Origin: Gnetum montanum | Taxonomy: Eukaryota; Plantae; Gnetophyta | Reading direction: 5' to 3' | NCBI GenBank assembly: GCA_015680685.1 | Contig: MNCI01000296.1 | Location: 166,364 to 230,363 of the forward strand | Length of the DNA stretch: 64,000 bases | In this document: piece by piece, positions 49,201 to 60,079 of the stretch | Layout of the letters: each line of letters opens with the position of its first letter | Position numbering within the stretch: the stretch's first letter is position 1 | Made by a program: the position numbers and the translations under genes | Notes under the pieces: generated by a model | Database searches by the model: none | Told to the model about the DNA's origin: nothing | The model's input: only the letters and a program-made list of their open reading frames with translations

Positions 49201-52200
49201 TCCTGGTGCTTGTTTTAAAGTGCCCTTGCTATATGTTGTAAATGGCCTTTGTGCCTTGATGTATAGTTCTGCTGAAAACCTCATGAAAAATGCTTTAGTT
49301 GTGATACGGTGTTGTAACGAACGGACCAGGGCATGTCCTTGCCCATTATGCTCTTGAACTGGTGCCATGTGTTCTTGATGATGTTGGCATGCCTAGATGG
49401 TGTATGCTTGGTGAACATCCTTGAGACAAGAAAAATCTTGGGAACACATTTTGTTGTGTTCCTGGACTGGCAAAGATCTTGTCCACAGATGATCGTTGGT
49501 GACTAAAATTCACATCAATGTGATGTCTAATGGTGGGTTTGAGTAAAGTTCTGGGTAGTGGCACCTAGACTTGCTCTTCCATGTTGGAAGCGATCGTGGA
49601 GCAGTAGTCCAAACGTTGGGATGGTGGTTCATCCTTGAAAAAAATGACGTTACAGATACATAACTTGCGATTTCTCTTGGTGGCCTTACTTGGTGGGCTT
49701 GAATGTGCTTGAAACACTTGAGCCGATGCTTTCATGATTGTGGACTTCTAATGGTTTGTGCATGTTGGTGGCCTCTCGTAACAAATTGCTTTGGTGTGTT
49801 AGAGAGCTAGGATGCACTCTCATAGATTGGGACTGATTAGTGCCTTGTGGTCTATGGTGTGATTCCATGATAGGGGACTCGTTGTGCCTAATAGGCTATG
49901 GTGTCTTGCTAAATTGTCTTGTGTACTCTGTCCCTTATGTACATTGATGTATTACAGAGTCCCTCGTTGATGTATTGTCCCATGTCTCTGGTGTAATGTT
50001 AATTCATGTTGGTGATCTCACCTCCCTGGTGGGATAGCAGAGTTGATCATGAGGGATCATTCTCCATTTCAATGGATGCCCTCTTCAGTTCTTGAAATAA
50101 TAAGGCAGGTGGTATTGAGATGGTTGTCTCCTGTAAGCAGTTGATGTTTGGGACTTGTTCCTAGTAGTGGTCCTCTGATCGTGAACTCGTGGGGCTTGTT
50201 CTTAGAGATAGAATGTTGTTACCCTGGTGAAATTCATGAAACCTCCTTTGTGAGGTCATGTTGCTGATGTAAATTAAAGATACATATTGCTCTTCTTGTA
50301 GGCAAGGCATGATCTTGTGTACTCTCGTAGTTTTGGGATCTTCAGAGGAACTTTCTTGTTGGGGTTCTCTGGTAGACCATCCTTGTTGTAAACCCTTTGG
50401 GGATGAATTGTGTTATGTTTGAGTTGTAATGATGTTGATGAAAGCCCATTCCATGTAAAAACTATCTTGAGGACCTGGTCCTCCTATGGGCAAGATGTTG
50501 TTGTTGACTTGTGTCTGTTGTTTGGGTTCAATGACAATAGGTAGTGGTGCGGCCTTGTCCATCACAAATTGATGTAAATGGGCTTGACTGGGATGTATGA
50601 AACAAAACCCAAATCTCCCAAAGATGAAACAAAAATGCTTGGTATCTTGAGTTGTTGTCAAGGGAAAATTGAAATTGGGTAAGACTTGTGAACCAATGTC
50701 TTCCCTCAGCTGGTGACAATTCCACAATTTGGTTCTATTGGCTATATTGACTACTTGGGCATGTATGAGGGCTGTGATACTTACCTATGGAAGAAACCTC
50801 CCAAAGAGGATCCTTCCTGCAAGTGCAAAATCTACTAAAAGGTGTTGATCGTGAGACTGGCAGTCGTTCTTGATATAGTGGGGAAATGTAAATTCTAAGA
50901 ACGTTGATGTTCCTCGAAGAACTCATGATCTAGTTACTCTTAGAGGTGACTCTATATTGTTCCTGGACCTTGTGTTCAGAAAATGGTGCTTGTCCCATAA
51001 CTTGGTGTGTGAAGGATGGCTTGCATGTGGAAAATGTGGGTGACCCTTCTCCATGAACGGGATATTATGGTTGCATTCGATGATGTGCTTATAGCTGATA
51101 TGAGACAGGTGATGGAGGATTGTCATGGGGTTGGTTGTCCAATTGACCCTCCCTTGTTCTAACATTCAAGCAGGCATTCTCGATGTTGGACAATCACAAG
51201 AGGTGTTGCTGAAAGTTGGGGCTTGTTGTATGTAGCCTCTTCGAGAAATTTCCAAATAGATTTTTGGATCTTCTCTCTCTCATTGGAATACTAGGGAATG
51301 ATGAATGATGGATTGAGACATGCGATGCTGGTGTCTGCAGATGGCAAGGTCAAGCTCAAAGATCTACCCTTGTACCTTGTTTGTAAGGGAGAACATGCTT
51401 GNNNNNNNNNNNNNNNNNNNNNNNNNNNNNNNNNNNNNNNNNNNNNNNNNNNNNNNNNNNNNNNNNNNNNNNNNNNNNNNNNNNNNNNNNNNNNNNNNNN
51501 NNNNNNNNNNNNNNNNNNNNNNNNNNNNNNNNNNNNNNNNNNNNNNNNNNNNNNNNNNNNNNNNNNNNNNNNNNNNNNNNNNNNNNNNNNNNNNNNNNNN
51601 NNNNNNNNNNNNNNNNNNNNNNNNNNNNNNNNNNNNNNNNNNNNNNNNNNNNNNNNNNNNNNNNNNNNNNNNNNNNNNNNNNNNNNNNNNNNNNNNNNNN
51701 NNNNNNNNNNNNNNNNNNNNNNNNNNNNNNNNNNNNNNNNNNNNNNNNNNNNNNNNNNNNNNNNNNNNNNNNNNNNNNNNNNNNNNNNNNNNNNNNNNNN
51801 NNNNNNNNNNNNNNNNNNNNNNNNNNNNNNNNNNNNNNNNNNNNNNNNNNNNNNNNNNNNNNNNNNNNNNNNNNNNNNNNNNNNNNNNNNNNNNNNNNNN
51901 NNNNNNNNNNNNNNNNNNNNNNNNGCTTGGTGGTACCAAGCTAGCAATAGGACACCCTCCTGTTGCAACTCTCTTCTCTAAGTCCTCTTCCTTCCCTCTT
52001 CTTCGTGGAGAACTACATGGCCCTGATTCTACGGCAGTCGTAGATATGTAGGCAGCCAAGACTGGATAGTTTTGGTGCGGTGCCATGCCACACCTTGTAC
52101 TAGATCGTGAGGGATCTAGGGGTGAGGTACCTTCCTTTGTAGGTGCATAGTCTCCCCTCCCATCGATGTGGTCTACAAGGTTATGTGTATACTTGTTTGC

Positions 52201-52333
52201 TTGGTTCTCTTCTGCTTGCACTCGTGAGATGCTTGCTTGTTTGAGGCATATTCCCCAAGTCTTCCGCCCCAGATCCATTGGATCTTTGTGAATTCCTTGG
52301 GGTGCCGGACAACGATGGGGCAACATTGTTACA
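46263..52333 (+). mobile_element. Non-autonomous LTR retroelement (LARD-like), chromovirus-derived, inserted in the 5' UTR of a lost type A copy
   Basis: 5' LTR 46263-46783 (TG..CA); perfect PBS TGGTATCAGAGCC at 46786; 3' LTR emerges from the gap at 51925 and ends at 52333; TSD ACTCA/ATTCA; empty site ATTCA at 4105-4109. No long ORF, only faint integrase and chromodomain traces. Confidence 0.88.
51402..51924. other. Assembly gap (523 N)
   Basis: Run of N covering the PPT and the start of the 3' LTR. Confidence 0.99.
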
Positions 52334-55155
52334 ATTCAGGTTCCTTTTCTCTTTTGTATGCTTTGCTTTCTCAGTGAAAAATCGATAGCCGGGCCGGAGG
52401 TTTAAATAAAAATAGCTTTCTTCTCATTTCTCAGAAACGCTGAAGTCAAACGTGCCAGATGGACCAGCTTCAACGAAATATCCGCGAGCTTGACATGTTT
52501 GAATGAACAGAAGAAGAAAACGTAAATGTCTTAAATGTTCGGCCCATCAGCAAATCAGATATGATGACTGATCATGTTCATGTGGAATTTTTTTGGAAAG
52601 TTATTGCTTATGTTCATGTGAAATTTTTCTCGGCCCAACTGATCATGTTCATGTGGAATTTTTGTGGAATTTTTTTGGAAAGTTATTGCAGCAAATCAGA
52701 CTTATGTTCATGTGGAATTTTTCTTGGAAATTTGTTGGAAATGTGGACGGAGGTGAATACTATGCATAGAATTTGTGATTATTAACGTGCTGCCACAGCT
52801 GTTTAAGAGACTGGGACAGTTTTGAATGATATGCTTGAGGAAAATGACTTACAACAATTTTCTTAGAATTTCATTAACTTGGTTGTTGAAGGAGATTTTC
52901 CGTGAGTTTTGGGGCTACGACTTGACGTTGTCACAACAGCGGGTCCCACAACTGTGGTCTAAGTTGTCGTGCTACCGACCATGCTTTGACGTGGAAGAGG
53001 GTCGCCGTTGCAAAACAAGTTTCACGAGTCAACATAAGACGACGTTCGGAGTGTAGTTTATTTGAATGTTTGCACCGTCACCTTGGGTTGGTATGGTTTG
53101 AAGTTTGAAAACGGTAACTCTATTATTTATGATTATGGAAAATGCTGGCACTTCGGTTCCGTTCCATTTCCACAAACCCCACTTCACACGGCTGCACTAA
53201 CTGAAACGTTCAGCATATATACACCAAAATCATCTCTATCCTTAATCTTTGATTTCATAACCAAGTCTAATTGCATGTTATAGCATTGTCTTTTGACTAA
53301 AGTCTAAACAAAGATGTCTGGCACAAAATGTTGCGTTTGCCTCTTTTTACGTAACATTTAATTCTGCACATTTGTGCATCACCTCACATTTATGATCTTC
53401 CATGAGATTGAGGGGAGCTTCCATGTTATACCTATCATCATAAGCATTTAAAATGATATTGATTTAGGGTCTCTTCAAGATAATAAATTAGAAACATCCT
53501 TTGGAGGTGATTTGTTTATTTAAACACCATAAGCATTTAAAATGATATTGATTGAGGGTCTTTTAAGATAATAAATTAGAAATATCTTTGCCCATTTATT
53601 TGAAGCAATGAGTATCTTCTATGCAAATCAAAATTTGGAAACTTCACACCCTTTTTTGAGGTAAGCACTAAATCATTCAACTTTCTAAAATATATGATAT
53701 CTTTTCGAGGTGTTGAGGTTGGATTATTTATCCATTGTATGTAATGCTAAATAATATTGCTTAGTAGTCTAACTACCAATCATAGGTTTTTGATAAAATA
53801 CAAGGATACACCATTCAATGTAAATAAAAAGCTTTCTAGTGATTTCTTTAAATTCATTAGATTATTTCACTTACTTTCTAAAATTTTTCATCTCCCAAAA
53901 ACATGATTTTTCTCTATTTCATGCCTTCTACCATTGATTTATTGTTTCTTATGTGAAAATTGATATTGGAAATGGTATCATAGAGAAGAGAAGATATGGT
54001 GCTCTTAGAAGTTTATTGATCAATAAAGAAGTTTCTTGAGGTCATAAAATTTTTTAATACAAATACTTTATTACTCATCCATAGTTAAGATCAACTTTAG
54101 CAATTATAAATATATATCCAAGCTAGTTTAAATACATTTGGAGTTTGGGTAAGAGAATTGAAATGACTTAACATTGCTTTAAATTGTTGCTTTAAAAATA
54201 ATTAAGCTTAACAATCATGGTATGATTTTTATGCTATTTCAAACTTTCTCTTACGGATGGTTACACCTAAAAGACATCAATTTAATATTATATATTTTTA
54301 ATAATTTTTATTTCACACATTTATTTATTGATTTCCTTAAAGTTTTGTGTTTAACCTAATTTACTGTAATTTTACCGGGGAATAACTTTTATTGAAAACC
54401 TTATTTTTAGTTAAAAACCAGTGGTTTCTTAAATGTGCGTCTGCATATTTTTCTATTTTTCAGCTACTACTCAACATATTCCTGGATAGTTTAATCATTG
54501 AATTTTTCAGTTAACATAACTCCATTGTTAGTGCATATATTATAATCTCAACATATTCCTGGATAGTTTAATCATTGAATTTTGAATTTTTCGTTTAACG
54601 TAACTCCATTGTTAGTGCATATCTTATAATCTTTCTCTAAGGAACACATCCAAGCTTCATGCACCATCTATAAACTCAAGCAAGGAGAAAAACTGTATAT
54701 GTAATTAAAAATTTTGTAACCTTTTAAGATTTTAAAATATTATTTTCAAGTTTCAACTGACCTAGGAAAATAGAAAAATGAAATGCCTTTTAACAATAAA
54801 ATTCTTTTCGAGCTTGTTCAAATCGCATGCATAAGTACATTTAAGAAACGTACAGGTCGGGCTGTCAAAACTTTGATATCCAAGCCTTATTCTAAGTGAA
54901 AATGCCCCAGCAACCTTAGTAAGAATCTAATAAAAAAAAGTACAGTAAACTGAGTTTGCCCTTGGATGAGAAGTCAAGTTTGTGCAACAAATCACTGAAC
55001 GCTCCTGGAAAAGAAGAAAGCGTACAGGTTGGGCTGTCAAAACTTTGATATCCAAGCCTTATTCTAAGTGAAAATGCCCTAGCAACCTTGGTAAGAATGT
55101 GATAAAAAAAAAAGTAAACTGAGTTTGCCCTTAGATGAGAAGTCAAGTTTGTGCA
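52334..55155. repeat. Segmental duplicate of the A-promoter to B-3' intergenic block (4105-6407 plus 11048-about 11300)
   Basis: Long colinear near-identity; lacks Copia-1 (single TTTTC at 54743-54747); carries its own local duplications of about 80 bp (54470-54630) and about 170 bp (54850-55155). Confidence 0.92.
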
Positions 55156-55192
55156 AAATGACACCATATTGTTCATCATAATATGAGTACCA
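55153..55192 (-). pseudogene. Short 3' CDS remnant of another type B copy
   Basis: GCAAAATGACACCATATTGTTCATCATAATATGAGTACCA matches 11361-11400 at the syntenic position; cut by the adjacent Copia LTR. Confidence 0.6.
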
Positions 55193-55805
55193 TAAGAAGA
55201 AAGCTTTGGGATGAAAGCCAAACACACTACTTTAAAGGCTTCATTGTAACCATATTTATAGCATGGGAAGGACATCCGTAGGTAGTTTTTACATGGACTA
55301 TATTTCAAATATTTACAATTAAATACTCAACACTACAATTTATTACAACATAACTATTGTAGCATACAATTACAAAAAAATATAGTGCTTGTAATCAAAG
55401 AGATGACAATATCTAAGCTTATGTGAATGATAGTTGTCTTCACTTTACTTACAATTTTCCCTCTTGAAGGCAAAGTTACTGTGAAACTTGATCCAAACCT
55501 TACATGAAATCACCTTCCATGACACCAACAGGTGTTCAACACCATAAAAAATTTTTAGTAGATAAAGATTTTGTCATCATATCAGTAGGATTCTCTTCTA
55601 TCTTAAATTTTTAAAGAAGAATTCTTTGTTCATTTATCTACTCTCGAATATAATAATACTATATTTTTATATGTTTCATCCTAGTGTGGAAAGTGGGATT
55701 CTTGGATATATAAATTGCACTTTGGTTATCACAACCGATTTTCACAATCTTTTTATGAATTTTGAGTTTCGCCACTAATCTCTAAAGCCATGTTGCTTCC
55801 CAACT
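55193..55805 (-). mobile_element. Copia 3' fragment (RNase H, PPT, 3' LTR about 55453-55193)
   Basis: Minus strand CDNQSAIYISKNPTFHTRMKHI..ENPTDMMTKSL; PPT AAGAGGGAAAAT followed by TGTAAG. Confidence 0.8.
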
Positions 55806-56775
55806 AATCTTTTTGAATTTCATTAAATAATTCCGAAAGTTGAATTTATTGTTGTGATTTCGAAGAGTCGACTTCAGTTATTAATGTTTGCCTTGCTGAA
55901 CTCTGCCTTGGGTAACACCTAAAAGTCATAACTTCAATCCGATGTTACATATATATTTAATAATTTGTATTTCATGCATGTTTTGATTTCCTTGAATTTT
56001 TCTTTCTTATAATATTCGTTGCATTATTAGTGCATATGTTACAGTATTTTTGTTTGGAAGGAACACATCCAAGCACATCAAACTCAAGGAGAGAAAAATA
56101 TTACTTTCCAATGACATAAGAATATAACTGATACGCCGTTTAAGAGTAAGATTCGTTTAGTTGCGTTTCCTCTGCTATGCATACCTACATTGGAGAAACT
56201 TCTATCAAGGTCCCTTCCTTACGGCTGAGCCGGGAAACCTTTGGGGATCTGTTTTATATTTATATTGCAATAAATGCTCATGTAATTTTGCTCCGCAAGC
56301 TCACCTGTGTAGTTGCTACGTTCAGCGGTTTTATTTTCTGTTTTTGTAACCATAGAACTTCATTTAAATGTTTTGCATACTGTATCATTGCATGCTATCA
56401 TGTTATCACTGGTCAAAACAGATCTCTATTTTAAAAAGTGGTATTGCTCAAGGTTCAGTGGTTTTAAAAAACCGTTAGACCGGTAAAGGACAACTATTCC
56501 AAACTTGATATCCAAGCCTTACTGTCCGCACTTTTCTTTTTCACAACTACAATAAAAATGTTGATCGTAAATAATAAAAACCGTGGAAAATGGAGCAGCG
56601 ACTCTATTTTAAGGATCTAAGAAAAGTACAATAAACTGAGTTCGCCCAAAAAGGCTCTGAAAAAGGTTCAATAAACTGAGTTCGCCCAAGAAGGCTCTAC
56701 GATGAGAAGTCAAGTGCGTGCAACAAGCCACCAAAGCAAGATTTCTGTTTCAAGAACAAACGAGATAGAGATGAT

Positions 56776-57273
56776 TCAGATCATGGTGCAAGGCCAAATG
56801 GAACCGTACTGTTCATCGTAGCACAAGTGTCCTGCAGGCCAAGGACGGTAAATTATTTGAGGTTCATATACAAGCGGAGGGGCAAGAACAGGCTCTTCGG
56901 GCTTCTGGCCCTTCTCATCTGCAGGACCAACACTGACAAGATCAGAGCAACCGAATTTTCTGAGCCTGCATGTAATAGCCACGGGATCTGTCTCCCCAAT
57001 AACCGTAATCACACGATCATTAGGATCCACAGAAGCATGCACCACACCTTCCATTCCAGCAACACTTTTGAGCGCCTTCTGCCTCTTTTTGGGATCCTCA
57101 ACATGTGGCACTCTGACGACAACTTTCTGCACCCATAACAAAACCAAAATCAAATGAGACGTTATCCAGTAAAAAATCCAGTTACAAACAAGCAATGCTA
57201 TAATAAATTCATATAATCTTTTAAACAACCGAAAGCAAGGCCTAGCAGGGCCTTTGTAGCTCCTTACCCTCAT
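56776..57273 (-). CDS. Intact type B heavy-metal-associated isoprenylated plant protein (B3), HIPP39-like, 118 aa; exons 57273-57268 and 57126-56776
   Basis: ATG AGG|GT..CAG. MRKVVVRVPHVEDPKKRQKALKSVAGMEGVVHASVDPNDRVITVIGETDPVAITCRLRKFGCSDLVSVGPADEK..PPLVYEP..WPCTMI*: HMA fold without CxxC, Pro/Tyr tail, CaaX (CTMI); TATATAA at 57361-57355. Confidence 0.92.
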   Translation of the reverse strand: MRVRSYKGPARPCFRLFKRLYEFIIALLVCNWIFYWITSHLILVLLWVQKVVVRVPHVEDPKKRQKALKSVAGMEGVVHASVDPNDRVITVIGETDPVAITCRLRKFGCSDLVSVGPADEKGQKPEEPVLAPPLVYEPQIIYRPWPAGHLCYDEQYGSIWPCTMI

Positions 57274-57740
57274 ATTGTGCACCCTGACAAAAGCTTTTTG
57301 TTCTCGTGTGGGTGCCTAAGTTTTCGCTGGCAGATTAGTGTAATATGCATCGACTTATATACTGTGCAGAATCTCGGCTGATTGGTCACAAAACCACTAC
57401 CCAGTCTGAAGGAGGCTGGGCCCTATGGAACCTCTGACGACCATTAACCATTCATTGTTGCGAAAACGAGAAGGCAGTATAAATTATGATCTGGATCGAT
57501 AGTTTTGACGCTTGGGTATTGTTAATCTGAAGCGAAGATCTCGCTTACTGCGATAAAACTCCAGACACGAAGAAACAAATCTGCGCGAAAACGGGATCTC
57601 CCGACGACCACAACCGAGCTTCCACGAACCACAGGAAGCCACGTCCCTGGGGCATAATTTTCTCGGAATCGCGCGAAGGTGGTTTCTGCGACTTGGGGCC
57701 CATGGAAGTTCCACCTGGGAACGCGTCTTTGACAGCTGTT
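57274..57740 (-). promoter_or_regulatory. B3 5' UTR and CpG-rich promoter
   Basis: TATA box, CGCG boxes, TGACG, and blocks conserved with the B2 promoter. Confidence 0.6.
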
Positions 57741-58350
57741 TTTGCTGTGTCTTTACCTATCATGTATAACGTGGAGAGTGTACTTACAAGTCGTTTTCAT
57801 GATGGTATTTTGATATAAATCTATGATACATACATGATGCATCGTATCATATATATATATATATAGATATGCATGATGGTAAGCTACGGTAAAAACACTT
57901 TAGCTGTCTTCCTTCCGAATTTACTGGTAAACTGCAACGGCGAGAAGGTCGTGGTAAAATGAATGAATACAAAAGCCTAAAGTTATAGGGTGACGATGTA
58001 GCAGAGCCGAGGTGGCTCACAGAGCAGCAGCACAATGGTGAGTGCAGGGTGGCCACAAGCGAGAAGGACAGAGTGGCAGCGTGCGAGAGGTGTACGCAGC
58101 GGCCAGGCAGGCAATAAAGGCAAGGCGCCAAGGCAACGTAATAAGGTTCATTTCTGAAAATTCAGCCTCCTCTCTCATTCGTGTAATGACTTTATTTTCA
58201 ATTTGAGGAGCTGGATTAAAATTGTAGAGCTTTGCACATCACCAAACACGTGAGAGCATGAAATTCCACATTTACCGATTCTCTTTTCATGCTTTGAAAA
58301 CTTTCTGCTTAAAGGGTGGGCATATTTTGTCTCCCGTTTTAAGTAGCCAT

Positions 58351-60079
58351 GGCTAAGTAGTGGAGTAGTCCAACACCCAACCATACAAGATAAGAGTGTT
58401 CCTGTGTACCTGCGATATAATTATGCTAGTAGAGTTTGCATTGTTGTCTTTCCATGTGAACTAGTGTATGGTTTAACTCATGGTGAGGTGTAGGCCATAT
58501 TGCTCATAGTAAACATAAAATAAATGGAATGGTTTCTAAGTGTAAGTGACAACAAACAAATCTAATCTAGCCTAGCTGATGGACATTTGTTCCTACTTCT
58601 CCAAACATGTCTTGGACTTATATAATTGTTACTAGGATTACCAAGTATTTTGCTGGGTGTACCAAGCGATAATACTACTGGGTTACCAAACGATCACAGT
58701 CGTATCCATTCCATTTAACAACCAGAAGAGTAAAGTGCATAGAAAGTAAATCAGTAACTAGAGAAAACAGTAAACATTAAGCTAAGCCAAAGTAGGAAAA
58801 TTATTCTAGGTCTAAACAATAAAGAAACTAATTCATTTTGCAATGATGCAAAGTAATATCGATCTTTATCTTCATGCATGAAACATGTTCAAGTACATTC
58901 CACTCAAATAAAGACTTCGTTCAATTACTAAACATCACACTGCAGGCATACACTCCTAAGTACTAAGTGCTAAAATCAAGAAAACAAATTGATAGAATTT
59001 CATTAAGTGTGAAATGAAACTATTGTTGGACCATGTACCTAAGTGTTGTATTTATAGGTTTGCATATATCTACAATATTGGATGCACAACATTGTAGCGT
59101 GTGCCTCGATATCGGGGATCCAATATTGCAGCTTTGATATTGGATGCCCAATATCATAGCCAGTCAAAATTTGGATTTATCATACCTCCATGATTGATTG
59201 AAAACTTGTCCTCGAGTTAAAACAAAATGAGGATAGAGTTCCTTACAAAACTGGGATGTAGATTCTCGTGAAACAAACCACTATATACATGACTCTCTAA
59301 TGCCATAGTTGAGTTTACAAAAATGACACAAATCATGAGTACTTTACAAAACAAAAAACAAAATTTGGCGAATCTAGATTTAGCCTTATGTTGTTCTAGG
59401 TGGCAGTGGCTCTTCTATTAGTTGCTTCCCCTTATCAACAGGCTTTTGGAATTTATATTGATTTATGAGCACCTAAAGTTTTTCTTTTTCCATTCTAGGA
59501 TCACAAACTGTCCATGCTGATGAACCAATGTTTGATGGAAACGACATGTCCCATGGGCATGGTAATTGTAGAAACATCTTGTTTGCTTTGACATACCAAG
59601 CTACAAACTACCTCCTCTCCTCTTCAAATGCTCTGGCCTTTTCTTAGAGTTCATGATAATTAGTTAATCTCCTAGCCAAGTTTGTTGCTACATCTTTTTG
59701 CCCATGGTAGCCAACCTTTACTGCTTCTAGTTCAAAGTTTGTCACTTGAAGTTTCTACAGGGCATCTTTATGATCCACAAACTCTTTTTTATACAATGCA
59801 TATGTGGTTGCTACTTGTTGTTCTAGCTCATTTCTAGGCCTACTTATTGTCAACATGGCTAGGTTAGCTAACTCCACGTACTCTTTCAGGTCCTCAATCT
59901 GCAGGTCTTTGTTTTTCACTTCCTCTTGGTGGACAGGGGCATAACTATCCAAGATGGGTTGTTAGTTAGGATTTTGCGCTAATTCTGGCCTTTGCCATAT
60001 GGATTCTTTTTCTCATTTATCTGCTTGTACATGCCCACCTAGTCATAGAAGTGTTCCTTAACCCTCTTGCATTTTTTTG
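58351..60079 (-). mobile_element. 3' part of an older Athila-related element (3' LTR about 59182-58351, PPT, remnant coiled-coil extra ORF)
   Basis: Minus strand AACTCGAGGACAAGTTTTCA..TGGAGGTA-TGATAA matches the Athila-1 PPT junction (31310-31350); the LTR end resembles Athila-1 U5; ORF 59755-59952 is heptad-rich. Confidence 0.75.

Noticed and set aside
51291-52326. Long ORFs of 181-320 aa in the ORF track
   Set aside because: They are open only because they run through the N gap.
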